Source of the DNA: Phoronis australis
Taxonomy: Eukaryota; Animalia; Phoronida
Direction: 5' to 3'
Assembly (NCBI GenBank): GCA_002633005.1
Contig: NMRA01000779.1
Span: 6,478 to 70,477 of the forward strand
DNA: 64,000 nucleotides
Numbering within the stretch: position 1 is the stretch's first letter; the number at the start of each line of letters is the position of its first letter. Under the pieces are notes generated by a model, which did no database searches, was not told the DNA's origin, and saw only the letters and a program-made list of their open reading frames with translations. Positions 1 through 13,400 of this stretch are shown piece by piece. The translations under genes and the position numbers were made by a program.

Positions 1-983
1 CTTCTGAAATCCAACAAAGGAAGTCAACGTAAAAATATGGCACACTTTCAACATAGACGTCGCACATCACATCTGATGCAAACAAGTCAAGATATTTTTG
101 AAATTCATCCTGGTATAGGAATTGGGCATAGTTAGGCCTATAAAAGATCTTAAACCCAGCCGCAGAGCGTCTAAAGCCGCGCACCGTACCAGTGACTGCT
201 GGCAACTCATCGGAGACACAACTTTAACATCCTTCGCCGCAGAGATAACAACTCTTAGGCTGTCTCCGGTGAGTCCATTCATTCTTGAATGATGTTTAGG
301 TAAAAGAATACATAACCAACATTAGACATTTTCACTCATCAATATGTCATTCTGCCTGGGCATACAGCATCTAGCGTAAGTGTTTTGACAAAGTTTTTCA
401 ATCGCTCTAGTTGCAAAATTAGAGCAGCGCGGGCAAGTGGAGGGAGTTTGTGCTTAAATTTATACTTTGCATCCATTGACTTAGATGAAATTGTTGTGGT
501 AGATCAGTCCTAGAATTATGGGTATTTTCAATTCCTATTTCAAGTTGCATGCTTAGCTACTGGAATACACGAGTTTGTTAAAGAGTGCTTACGTAAAAAG
601 CGTCAGCAACTAGCCTTGCATCAAATCCTTTGAATGTTGGATCTGTGGACTGTATTGTTAAGTGTTAGGTGAAGATGATTGAGTGGCTTGGATTAAGTGG
701 ATTATGCATCCATGTAAGTGCCTATCTTATCCTATGTTAAGCAACCCACAGTTGTTGAAATGTCTCAGGTCTGATTTAAGCTCCCATTTCTAGGTTCAGC
801 ACCCCTAACCTGATTTCCAGAATCACCAGTTTAAGTACGCAGATTGTTAATTTGAATGTTTATCGTATTTTAAATGAGTAAATGAGAGCTTTTTGTAATT
901 ATTAAATCGACACATAAAAAACAAGTAACAAATTACATAGCATTGAATGATGGCATAGCCTGTTTCTAAACAGGTTGGTATAT

Positions 984-1310
984 GCAGGTCGTTGGCCAAT
1001 CAAACATATGTCACAAGTACTGCTAAGCAGGCCGTTGGCCAGTCAGACATGTCGCAAGTACTGCTAAGCAGATCGTTAACATGTCACAAGTACTGCTAAG
1101 CAGGTCGTGGGCTAATCAAACATGTCGCAAGTACTGCTAAGCTGGTTATTGGCCAATCAAACATGCCGCAAGTACTGCCAAGCAGGTCGTAGGCCAATCA
1201 AACATGTCGCAAGTACTGCTAAGCAGGTCACGGGCCAATCAAACATGTCGCAAGTACGCCTAAGCAGGTCGTTGGCCAATCAAACGTGTCGCAAGTACTG
1301 CTAAGCAGGC
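984..1310. repeat. 41-bp minisatellite (about 8 units)
   Basis: Unit CAGGTCGTTGGCCAATCAAACATGTCGCAAGTACTGCTAAG repeated with substitutions. Confidence 0.9.
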
Positions 1311-1419
1311 TGCATAAACATGTTAAAAACAGGTAGTGGAGAACGGTGCATTTTATTTTCTCATATTTCCATAAAAGACACCTAGCTGCGTTCTAGTTCT
1401 GCAACATAGCTACTACCTC

Positions 1420-2645
1420 ACAATTCTGTAACATTACTGCTGACAGTTTTGTAACATTACTGCTAACCGACAGTTCTGTAACATTACTGCTAACCGACAG
1501 TTCTGTAACATTAGTGCTAACTGACAGCTGTGTAACATTACTGTTAACCGACAGTTCTGTAACATTACTGCTAACCGACAGTTCTGTAACATTACTGCTA
1601 ACCGACAGTTCTGTAACATTACTGCTAACCGACAGTTCTGTAACATTACTGCTAACCGACAGTTCTGTAACATTACTGCTAACCGACAGTTCTGTAACAT
1701 TACTGCTAACCGACAGTTCTGTAACATTACTGCTAACCGACAGTTCTGTAACATTACTGCTAACCGACAGTTCTGTAACATTACTGCTTACCGACAGTTC
1801 TGTAACATTAGTGCTAACTGACAGCTGTGTAACATTACTGCTAACCGACAGTTCTGTAACATTACTGCTTACCGACAGTTCTGTAACATTACTGCTAACC
1901 GACAGTTCTGTAACATTACTGCTTACCGACAGTTCTGTAACATTAGTGCTAACTGACAGCTGTGTAACATTACTGCTAACCGACAGTTCTGTAACATTAC
2001 TGCTAACCGACAGTTCTGTAACATTACTGCTAACCGACAGTTCTGTAACATTACTGCTAACCGACAGTTCTGTAACATTACTGCTTACCGACAGTTCTGT
2101 AACATTAGTGCTAACCGACAGTTCTGTAACATTACTGCTTACCGACAGTTCTGTAACATTAGTGCTAACTGACAGCTGTGTAACATTACTGCTAACCGAC
2201 AGTTCTGTAACATTACTGCTAACCGACAGTTCTGTAACATTACTGCTAACCGACAGTTCTGTAACATTACTGCTAACCGACAGTTCTGTAACATTACTGC
2301 TTACCGACAGTTCTGTAACATTACTGCTAACCGACAGTTCTGTAACATTACTGCTTACCGACAGTTCTGTAACATTAGTGCTAACTGACAGCTGTGTAAC
2401 ATTACTGCTAACCGACAGTTCTGTAACATTACTGCTAACCGACAGTTCTGTAACATTACTGCTAACCGACAGTTCTGTAACATTACTGCTAACCGACAGT
2501 TCTGTAACATTACTGCTTACCGACAGTTCTGTAACATTACTGCTTACCGACAGTTCTGTAACATTAGTGCTAACTGACAGCTGTGTAACATTACTGCTAA
2601 CCGACAGTTCTGTAACATTACTGCTAACCGACAGTTCTATAACGT
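1420..2645. repeat. 27-bp minisatellite (about 45 units)
   Basis: Unit CTGTAACATTACTGCTAACCGACAGTT with recurring variant units; it explains the repetitive ORFs on both strands. Confidence 0.97.
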
Positions 2646-3759
2646 CGCTACTTTCGACAATTTTTAACATAGAAGTAAACATTCGTTGTTAGAACGTCTT
2701 GGAAAATGAAAGAATGATAATTTTGACAATCATATTTGAAAGAAATGAGTGAGGTATTATCCGAAGGTTTGGTAGCTTGTTTCTTAACTCTTCAGCTTTG
2801 ATAAATTGGTTTCTTGTTCAGTTAATCTCTCAAGCTTGGTATTTGAACAAAAGTGGTTGTGTAGCAATTGATACACATTCATTGTATCTGTTGTGTGTCT
2901 TACTTTGTCAAATAGGAACTACACAGTGAAACGAACAGAACTCAACTGAACACTGAACTGATTTATTTTACATATCACAACTATATACGGGTATATATAC
3001 ACAACTACATAACAACATATGATGCATTACCAATTACACACTTCCTTTACCAAGAATCGCTTGACATAATACCAATTAAACTAATGAACTCGTAAACAAT
3101 AACAACCTACAAACATCCTGTTTAAGTATCCATGTAAAGTTTAACTTCTCAAGTCTTGATTTGTGGCTCATTGCTGGAGGGCACCAGTACAGTAGTGTCA
3201 ACTGGTGCCTCCAGGGGGTGTTGTTGGCAAGATGTGTTCTGCTGTTCATTCTGGAAATTGTACCCAAAATGATTATTGAAGTTCAATAAAGAGGTTGACG
3301 TGACACATTACAGTGACAATAAACTTACCCCGTACCTTCCATCACATAACTACCTTATTCTTTATTGTACCCCACTTACATACTTCTTCATTACTGTCTC
3401 AAATTGTTAGTTAGTCAAATAACCAACTGTTCTTTTCAAATCTAGAAATCACTCTGTGTAAGGAACTTGTTGCGACTGGGGTAAGTTGTCATAATCAATC
3501 AAACATTTGCTTCTTAGTCAGTACAAGGTAAAATGGCTTTAAAAAGAATGTTAGACTCGCATGTTTGATATGCGTTCAGACATCTTTAGTCACTGTATTG
3601 TTGTCAGGTGTATTATGTTGTTAAGTAGACCTGTGTTGTTTGATCACTTTTCCTGACAAATATTTTGTTCAACTTTTACAACTGTTGTCCTATGGTTTCC
3701 TTGTGGCAGCATTGTTAGTTACAAGGGATAAACATGTGGTGTGCAGGACTTGGGTTAAA

Positions 3760-3955
3760 TTGTGGTTATTGAGAGACACAAGCTGAATGACTGTCTCTGG
3801 TGCTGGCATGAGGGGAGGAGTGTGGTGGGTTATTGAGAGACACAAGTTGAGTGATTGTCATTGGTCCTGGCGTGAGGGGAGGAGTGTGGTGGGTTATTGA
3901 GAGACACAAGCTGAGTGACTGTCCTGTGACCTGACTTCAGGGGAAGAGTATTGTG
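3760..3955. repeat. About 62-bp tandem repeat (3 units)
   Basis: GGTTATTGAGAGACACAAG...GGGGAGGAGTGTGG recurs three times. Confidence 0.8.
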
Positions 3956-4169
3956 GAGCAGTCGGTCCTTTCTGATCATCTCTTGTTGAAGTGACGACAC
4001 TGAATATTTTAAATGTAGAAAGACTTTATTTTGCTACTGACATCTTTCCATTAATTCAATGTTATTTTACATTTTTAATGTCCAAGTATTCTCTATTTCT
4101 CATTTGTCTTCTCAAAGCTGTTGCCAAGCAACGATTTCAATAATTTAATGCTGTGGAAGCTGGTGTGTA

Positions 4170-4270
4170 TTTGAACGACACTTTTTGAATGACACTTTTT
4201 GAACGGCACTTTTTGAACGGCACTTTTTGAACGACACTTTTTGAACGACACTTTTTGAACGACACTTTTA
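4170..4270. repeat. 15-bp minisatellite
   Basis: Repeated unit TTGAACGACACTTTT. Confidence 0.9.
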
Positions 4271-4432
4271 ACATATTAATCTTTCCATCACCTGTTAATC
4301 ACTGCAGTTTCTGCGCATCTCATGGTAACATCACCGTCCTCTTCTCAATAAAGAAGAAAAATTAGTCACCAGGTGTTGAAGTAGCCTCAGTTTTATTGTA
4401 GTGCAATCTGTAGTCTCACTGTTTTGTTGTAG

Positions 4433-7400
4433 ACTGTTGGTCATGTGATCCTAAGGATTGTACAAGCCAGTGCATAAACAAGGATACGAGGTCTTCCCAA
4501 CTATCATTTTGCTCCTGCATAGGACACCTCTGTAACGCCAACTTTACTGACGACTACAATGCTTCTATGAATACACCCACCAAACCTCCGACCCACCCTG
4601 GTAAGATGGTGTTATTTCTTTTATGTGTTCTTGTTTAGTACTTCTTCACTCAAAGATGGTATAGGGTAGAGTTCAGTAGCTCTCTCATGACTAGAAAAAT
4701 CTAACCAAAATCATGTGTTCTAATTTAAAATACACAACAATATCTCACGTAATCTCTCAAAGTCTTGCTTTTTAGCGAGGTCCTAGCGTTAATGAACACT
4801 ACCTAACTATTTATATGGAACCACACATTTTCTTTGGATCATTTAACATTTGATTTAGTTTGTCCTTTTTCAGGCTATCCTGTCCAACCAAAAATCAGGG
4901 TTTCTCTCTTGTAAACCCAATTTTGTGGTTTAAATCATACTGTTAGGGAGAGTATGCCATTTCTTGTTTTGTTGTGGTGAGTGGCCTTGGTTTACCCAGG
5001 CGTCACTCAACTCGAGAAACTGAAAAGAACTGTTTTCACTTACAGTTTGGAGGTAGCTCTGTGCTATTGTACAATAGGTCTTTGTGGGTCAAACTGGTGT
5101 ATGATAAGTTAGTGGATATTTGAACCTTTATTTGTTCAAAACATACTTTACATATACAAGGACATTAAGCAATTACAATAGAACAGAAATCTGACATTTG
5201 TTTACGCTACTAATAAGTGGCAAGAAATAAATAATGTTTCATAATGATGTTTGACAAAAATATTTATGATAGCAGTGACCTCTAGTGGTCTTATAGCAAA
5301 TTTCCTACTCAGTCTCCACCTTGTGGGCCAAACCTAAACAAATGTTTACTGTGCTAATATTTCAATGTCGCATTTATTCATGTCCATTATTATTTTCATC
5401 AATTTTACATTGTTGTGGCAAATTGGTAACACTTTGTAAAATAGGTCTATCTTTCTGAATAACAATAAAGTTGTTCTCATCAGCCTACACCCAAGCATTG
5501 GGCACAAAGCTTTTGATGACTGCAGATCAGTGCCTGAGTGTTACTTGTGACTTTTACTGGGTCAAGAATATTGCTGCACTTTTTATGTAAACAATACTGT
5601 TTTGTCTACAAATTTGTGAAAACAATGTTTCTTTAACGCATGACGTCCCAACCATGTAATTGTTATTCTTATGTAAAACTTGATATATAAGGTGAAATAA
5701 TGCATTTTTGGAAACAGTTTAAAATGCAACGACGTCAGAAAAGAAAACCATTTAATGAAAACATTGGATAATTAATGCTGTGAATATTCGTACTATTGAA
5801 TGTGAATAATTATTAATCACAACTTCATGACCTTGCTGAAAAATGGTTTTCTCTGGCTCCCTCTGTTGGACAGTACGGTAGATGTGTAATATTTTGCACC
5901 TGAAGTCTGTTTCATGAAAAGACTTAGGACACAAATTTGATCTTACGCTCCACATAACTATTTCTGAAAAATAATTTAAACTGACTTTAGCAAAAGAATA
6001 AAGTATCTGAGAATATACCCATAATTGTTAATTGCTGAGTAAATTTGTGCAAATTATTGCACTCATTGATGTGCCAGTAATCACGTGACTAAAGCTTTAT
6101 GTAGTAGTTATGAAGCGGGAACGGTGGATCGCTACAACAAATTACTGCACAAAGTCTCAAAGGGAAGGCAACCTTTTTTGTGTCATTTTTAGTAAAAATA
6201 CAGTTCGTTGATTATATGCTTCAGATAATGATGGTTCTTCGTGGTTTTATTAACTAGTCGTGCAGTAATCCGGAAGTGACGTTTAGCGGTTTAAGAATTT
6301 CCCGACATTTCGTTTCTAGTGCATTGGAGTTACTGTGATGATCTGTTCTACTGTTGTTTTTGTGCTAGTCTCCTAATATTGTCGTCACCACTAGCCATCG
6401 ACGAGTATTCTACGACAAGCTAAGTTGTTAGAGAACTCGATTACGTTGGATTGAGGAATCTTCTAGTTTGTTGTAGCAGTAGGTGGATATATGTTTGAGC
6501 CCGAGCATAGTGAGGTAGAATACAGACAGCTGTTGAGAGGGATGAGGCAGCGACTGGGGACAGACGTGGTGGGATGTCTTGGTGCAAATGCAAGGTTTGC
6601 ACTATGATGCCAACCTCAATGGAATGACAATCCTGTTACCATTGGATGGTGACCTGAGCAAGCAAACTTCTTACACCCCACCGTGTGAATCCCTCGCCAC
6701 ACAATTGGCACCTTCTAAATACCTCCAATACTTTAGTCAATAAACTTATCAAATTTGGCTCACCAGCCTGACCACTGGACGCCAAACTGTCCTCCCCACT
6801 GGGTTTTGAACTGGACCTGTATTCACTCCCACTACTCAACATCGCAGCTGGGCTCCGTACAGGCTCTAAGCTGGAGATAACACCTGCACAGGGCAAATCA
6901 CTGCTAGAAGAGGCCACAGTTGGCAAGGTCAATCACTTCAAAAATGCACTTTTTGGGGGTGGCGACGGGGCACTGCCGGGAATCAACAGCATTATTATGA
7001 CACCCTTCTTCAGGCGTTGTATTGCAGGAACCTTCACCAATTCCGCGTACACATCTCTTTCGTAATCCAACGGCAGAAAATGCTTGCCACACGCTCTGTA
7101 ATTCTCCAGTGCTTTGTACGTTGCATGGACAATAACGCTGCGTTCTTCACATGAACGAGCCAAGTATGGTAGAGCGTTTCATCTTTTGGAAAGCGGTGTG
7201 ATGGCATACCCAAAGTGCGCGAGACGATTATGGGTACACCTCGGTACACAGCAACCGTGCGACATGTTGACTGACTCGTAAACAAACGGAAACGACAACT
7301 GAACTTATCATAACCGAAGTAAAACAATGAGTGACTTGACAGGTCACACAGTCAGACTAATGAAAACGAAATGACGGTAAATTCTAAACCTCCTAAACGT

Positions 7401-10400
7401 CACTTCCGGAGTAAGGCACGACTAGTTAATAAAGTTACAGGAAGCTGTTATTAATTGAAAGAAAAGTCTGGGATAATGTCTGGGATGATGTCTGGGATGA
7501 TGTCTGGGATGATGTCTGGGATGATGTCTGGGATGATGTCTGGAATAATCAACAAACTATATTTTTATTAAAACTGACATGAAAAAGGTTTCCTCATAAT
7601 GAAGCAGACATTGCTGCTTTCTGAGCATTATTAAGTCAAGTCAGAACTTTGGGAAATACTCATTCATCATTTTTGAAGAATTTCCTTCTGATTTTTGAGT
7701 TGCAGGGCTTTACATGTGAAAAGTGTGGCATCTTAAATGTGGTGTTTCTCAAGTGTGCATAATCTGTGACAACCTCTAACAGTGCGGTAAACAACTGAGT
7801 GATTCAATATCATTGATTTTTTAGAATCCAGTTATGTTCCCAAAGCCAGCGACAGTAACAAGATTATCATCATTGCCATATTGTCAGTGTCGAGTGTGGC
7901 TGCCGTGATCATTGTTGTCTTTGTTGTGTGCCGATTGTGTCCCTTGCCACGCCGGCGACACCTGGAGGTCACAACCCTGGTGGAAGAACCACCTTCTCAG
8001 CCAAGCTTCCAAACAGATGATCTCAAACTATCCTCACTTATTAGTAAAGGAAGGTTTGTACCCTAATTGTTTCTTGGTTTTCAAGGTTTGTATTTTTGGG
8101 TTATATTATAATCTGCCCCCTTCACTCAATGAGTGTAAGGTGTCCCCTACACTCAATGACTGTACGGTAAAGTCGCGCGATTTTCGGACACTGAAAATTA
8201 ATTCCAATTGAAAAAATTCATTCTTGGAAGAATCTCGCAAAACATCATTTTTGTGGTGTCCGAATTTGGCAGACCTCCAAATTTGGGTTTCCGCTAGTGT
8301 CCAAATTTCGTGGGTGTACGTGTACATTATTTCGATGAGCGGTCGTAGTATCAACATTGCTGGCTCGGTCATTTGATAGCAGTGTAATTGCAGGTAAATG
8401 AGACTCAAATGGTCTGCGCGATTAATTTTTGAAAATCTGGCTTTCCCAATAAGAAATGTGCGCTGTCGACGCACAAAGACCGTTCCCGACAAGTGTTGGT
8501 TCTTCTTTTCAAAGATGCACTTTCTCAATATGAAATATTAGGCTTGCATTGCCGATGCTCAAAAACCGTTCTCGGCAAGTGACGGAATCTTCAAAACTGC
8601 GCTATCTTACTTGAAATATAGGGCTACGTTGTGAAAAAAGTCTTCCTGGTGACAAATATGGGCTTTCCAATGAGTGGGTCTGGTTTGTGTTGTTGACGCT
8701 CATGAAACGTTGCAGACAACTAATTCTCTTTTGTAAAAATGCGTTTTCTCAATAAAAAATGTCGAGTTTGCGCTGTCAACGCCTGGTTTCCCAATAAAAA
8801 GCTGGACTTGCGTATTCGACGCACAAAGAGGCTTCCCGAGCATCAAAACATGCGCTTTCTCAATTTTAACGAATTTTGCATGAAACATAACAGTAATGGA
8901 TGTGGGAACGAGTTCAATGAAGAAAGTGATGAACAATGACGAGAAAAAAAGCATAAGTTAAACGCATGCATTGTCTGCTGGTTACAAACGGAAACGCAAG
9001 TTAACTGTCACATTTATTTCCATATTAAGTGAAAGCTCAGTTTCAACATGAAAACTTTGAATGAACAATTACTCAAAATAGATTACAAAGACAATCATGA
9101 TAGTAAAATGAGCAGTTTCTCATTGACTCGTGATCCCCATTCGTCGTCCTGATAGTCGTCTGAATTGTTGAAGAAGCGCTGTCATTCTATGTGTTTAGGC
9201 CTACTGTAAACGATGGGAATGCGTCAACTAGTAACAGTGCTGCGCGGCTGAAGACACGATTAACTAACATATTGTATATATAAGGGTGTTGTCTAGAAAG
9301 CGAATGCAATTTCCAATGCTCCCAACATCAAATTCACCCAACCGTTTTTTGCAATTCAACCTTTCTCATCCACAGCCTTTGAAACACCCATTGTTAACTC
9401 AGTGATACACTGGCGCGTCTTCATGCAACTGAGGTGACCTAACACATCTGGGTTCGCTTAAATTTTTAACCACAGTGAAAACTCTGACTTGTGAAATCTG
9501 TTTGTGGATGAAATGATTATCAGAAAATGTTAAGGATTATCAATTTGATAATCGTTAACATTTTCTGATAATCTGCATGGAAGATAACAGGGCCGTTTCT
9601 TCTGGTCGTCACCAGCTTAGCACCGTCCACGGTCGTCACCAATTACGCGCAGCTTAGTCTCCCTCAGTCACTACTAATTTACGCCTCTGCCAAGACCGTT
9701 GTTGGGCACGTTAATACAATAGGCTACTGGGCAGATCACGACTGTTAGAAGAATCGACTAGTGACGACCTGAAAAGAAAAACGAAAGCATTCAATTTAGG
9801 ACAGCGTGAACTCATGAAGGACATAAACCAGGCAATTCAAGAACGGGTCTACTGTTTATAACTTAATTTTCTTTCTTAATATATACTTAACCAATTACAA
9901 TCCATCTATGTCGACCTTTTTCATTTCATCGGGTCATATATTTGCTACAGTTACGGAAAATAGTTCTTCCTACAGGTCTCTTCTGATGGACACTACACAC
10001 TTCTGCTAACATTTAAAGTATGAACAGTCGCGAGGTTACTGAAGTCTCATTATAACTACAGAAATGTTGTTGAAGAATAACAGTGACTATCTGAAAAGAG
10101 GAATACATAACAGAATAAAATATGGAAACACCAAACAAAAATCAAAACAACACTTACCTGTTGCAATAACGCCTTAAACGCGAACGTACTGACCGACTTG
10201 CACGAACGGAATGTTAGTTGAACATGTTAGTAGAACAAAACTGTCTCAATGAAATTTTCATGGTTTACAGGTTTAAGAAGATCTACCGTAGATTTCCGTA
10301 TATAAATCCAGAAGAAAATATGGCCAATTTGCGTATCTCAAATTTTTCTCTAAAATATACCTGGGATGTTTATCTGAGAATAAGAATGCATGCTTGAAAT

Positions 10401-13400
10401 CTAAAAATAATGCTATTCCCAGGGTGTGCTACAGTATTGATACTGTGTTTGTGTATTCGGCATTGCTGAGTATAGGCCCTGGTGTATTTTTACATAAGAC
10501 ATTTGGTTTCCCGAACTTATGTACGGAAATCGCTGGTAATACTTCCCAAAATTATTTACCCTTGCTGCAAGTAAGGCATCACCTCGGGTAAAAATAGAAC
10601 AATAATTATTATCAATGTAACTGTCATCTCTTTCGAATCAAACACAATTAAACACACTTACAGGTGAAATGCCTCTAAAATTATCTCAGTAATACAAAAA
10701 GCATGGTCTGCATTTTAAGATCACGTTTCTTTTTTGTCTCAACTATCAACTGAAGGCGGTGACATGGACAAAAAGACAAGGTCCTGTGGAAAGTAGATAT
10801 GGAACTCCAGGTCGGAAACACCTATAAGGTCCCAGCCTCGTTGCATCGGACTCCAGGTCCTGTATTCTTGTTAGCCTACCCCTAGGACCACAAGAAGCAA
10901 TGACTACCAATTCTGATTCAACTGACTTGTCACTTTTCGAAATGATTGGTGGAGGATTTTCTTAGTCGCCACAGACAGAAAGTGCCACAGTGTCCCGGTG
11001 TCCTTGTCGGGATTCATCTTAATCTCGGGACACCATGGAGTCCAGGGTGTTGTACCTCAGACGGTACAGGGTGTGAATTAACAAGACCAGAAGTACACAG
11101 ACCAGTGGATGAGCAAGCAAAATTGGGTCGTCGCAAGTTCAATCTTTTTTAGGTTTACATCTGTTTAGGGGTAAAGCTCGTAACGCTACGACTTCGCTAA
11201 AAAGCAAGAATTCGTGAAATTACGTGATGTATTGTGTATTTTAATTGAAAGCGTGATTTTGGCTAGATTTTTGTATTTCCCAAGACAGCTACTGAACTCT
11301 ACTCTAGTCTGCGACCAGGGGCGCAAGGGTGAGAATCTCACGAACACGCTAGACTGAAGACGTCGAGACGTATGGTCAAGTATTGCAAGCGAAGCACACA
11401 ATCACACTATCTTCTTTAGCGAGATTCTTGCATCTGTGATGCTTATCAGAGAGCAACAGGAAATTTGTAAGGGTAGTGAAGAGTGGTTATGTGGATATAC
11501 ATTAGTTTTTGATATGTGTTATAGCACACCGGCACTTACACAACATAGGACAGGGATGCAATTGTGTGTGCGCCGCGCGCCTTTCTGAGTGCTGGGCCTT
11601 GCACTAATGGTTGATTTGTAACCAGCTTTACTTTGGCTCCGTCTCATTCGGCTGCTGCTGTTCACTGTCTACAATACTTTGAACGCGCGATATCCTACGG
11701 CAGGGCTTGGAATTTTCCGCGGAAACGCGGATTTCCGCTTTTTTGAAATGTGCTTTCCGCTTTTTTTATAATATTTCCGCGTAAAAAAATCGGATTTGAT
11801 ATGAAATTTCCGCAGAAAATTCCTTTCTTACCGCGGCGTTGCAGACGACGTTCACCTCGGAAAGCGGAATTGCTCTTTATGTTTCGGAGGAACGTAAATT
11901 GTCAACATTGCCGGGGCATCTGGGTAAAGCGTGGTGTGATTTTCAATGGCGGCTCGTGTTATTGTTAAGCGCGGCAACAAATACTACCGCTCTGCAGCCA
12001 AAATTGTGTGGGTTGGGAGTGGACGGGCGAGCTAAAAGGACGCAGACGTATGCTACTGATGGTGGTAACGTGTTTTTTTTTTTTAGTCCCGATTTTTGTC
12101 GCGGAAAGGTTCACATTGACCATTTCAAAGGCTGGTTATCGGGCATGATTTGGGCCGTAAAAGTTTCCGCGTTTTTTGTCATTGGTCATTCCAAGCCCTG
12201 CTACGGACAGACTTGGCTGTAGCCTATTGTGTATGGGGGCCTAACAAAAAATATTTCTCATCGCGTCAAGGATAAAATCTGGACACGTTGTCTGGAGATT
12301 TTAGCCACTGACAAGGGCATTTGCAAAGGCCAGGACGTTTTAAAAATAAAAACGTTTCGTAATCATGCAAGTCCATGTCAGGCGTGCAAGTTCAATGTCA
12401 CAGTCGGAAGTCGAACAGCACGGTCTAATTAAACCAGAGCACATGTTACGCTACAACGAAAAACTGCAGCCTTCGGTGTATTTCCCATTTGTATTTTCTG
12501 GACCTTGTACGAATTTAGTGGACTATGAAAAACTAATTTCAGAAATATTTATTCTTGGTCGAAAATGGCGGGCCGTCCGAAAATCGCGCGACTTTACCGT
12601 AAGGTGTCCCCTAGACTCAATGAATGTAAGCTGTCCCCTAGACTCAACGCTCAATGATTGTAAACACAATGTCTGGAATAGATCTTGTAATTTGTACTTG
12701 TATATTGAATATCTCAAGGACTCAGTTTACTGCCATGAGACATGTATGTGTTGGGAAGGACTCAGTTTACTAGCAGTGATTTGTTGTGAAAATTATGTTT
12801 GCTGACATTTACATGCTGTATATTTTGTTCAGATATGGCGAGGTTTGGAAAGGTTCCCTCAGTGACATTTGCATGCTGTATATTTTGTTCAGATATGGCG
12901 AGGTTTGGAAAGGGTCCCTCAATGACAATGATGTTGCTGTCAAGGTGTTCTCACATGCTCAGCGACAGTACTTCAACAATGAACGGGACATTTACTCACT
13001 GCCTCTCATACACCATCCCAGTGTCGTTCACTATTTTGGTACAGAAGAACGGATAAGTGTGGATGGTAACCCTGAGTACCTGCTTATTCTGTCCTATGCA
13101 TCACATGGATCGCTGCACAGTTATTTGAAGAATAATGTTCTGGACTGGTATCAGTTATGCAACATGTCACGCTCCATCGCACAGGGTTTGTCATATCTAC
13201 ATACAGACTTAAGACCTGGAGGTATGTACAGCAGGAGCTAAGATAGAGTACAACTACATAAACTATTGACAATCTTAAAAGTTCTTTAAACACTTGTGTG
13301 GGCTGTGGCAGAACACTCAGTGGTCAAGTGATTTTGCAATTTCAAGGTTTGAATTTAGTGCCGCCATAGCAGCAGTCAATATTACTATATACTGACTGTT

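Noticed and set aside
1393-2692. 429-aa and 392-aa repetitive ORFs
   Set aside because: Products of a 27-bp minisatellite that is open on both strands; no splice context or recognisable domain.
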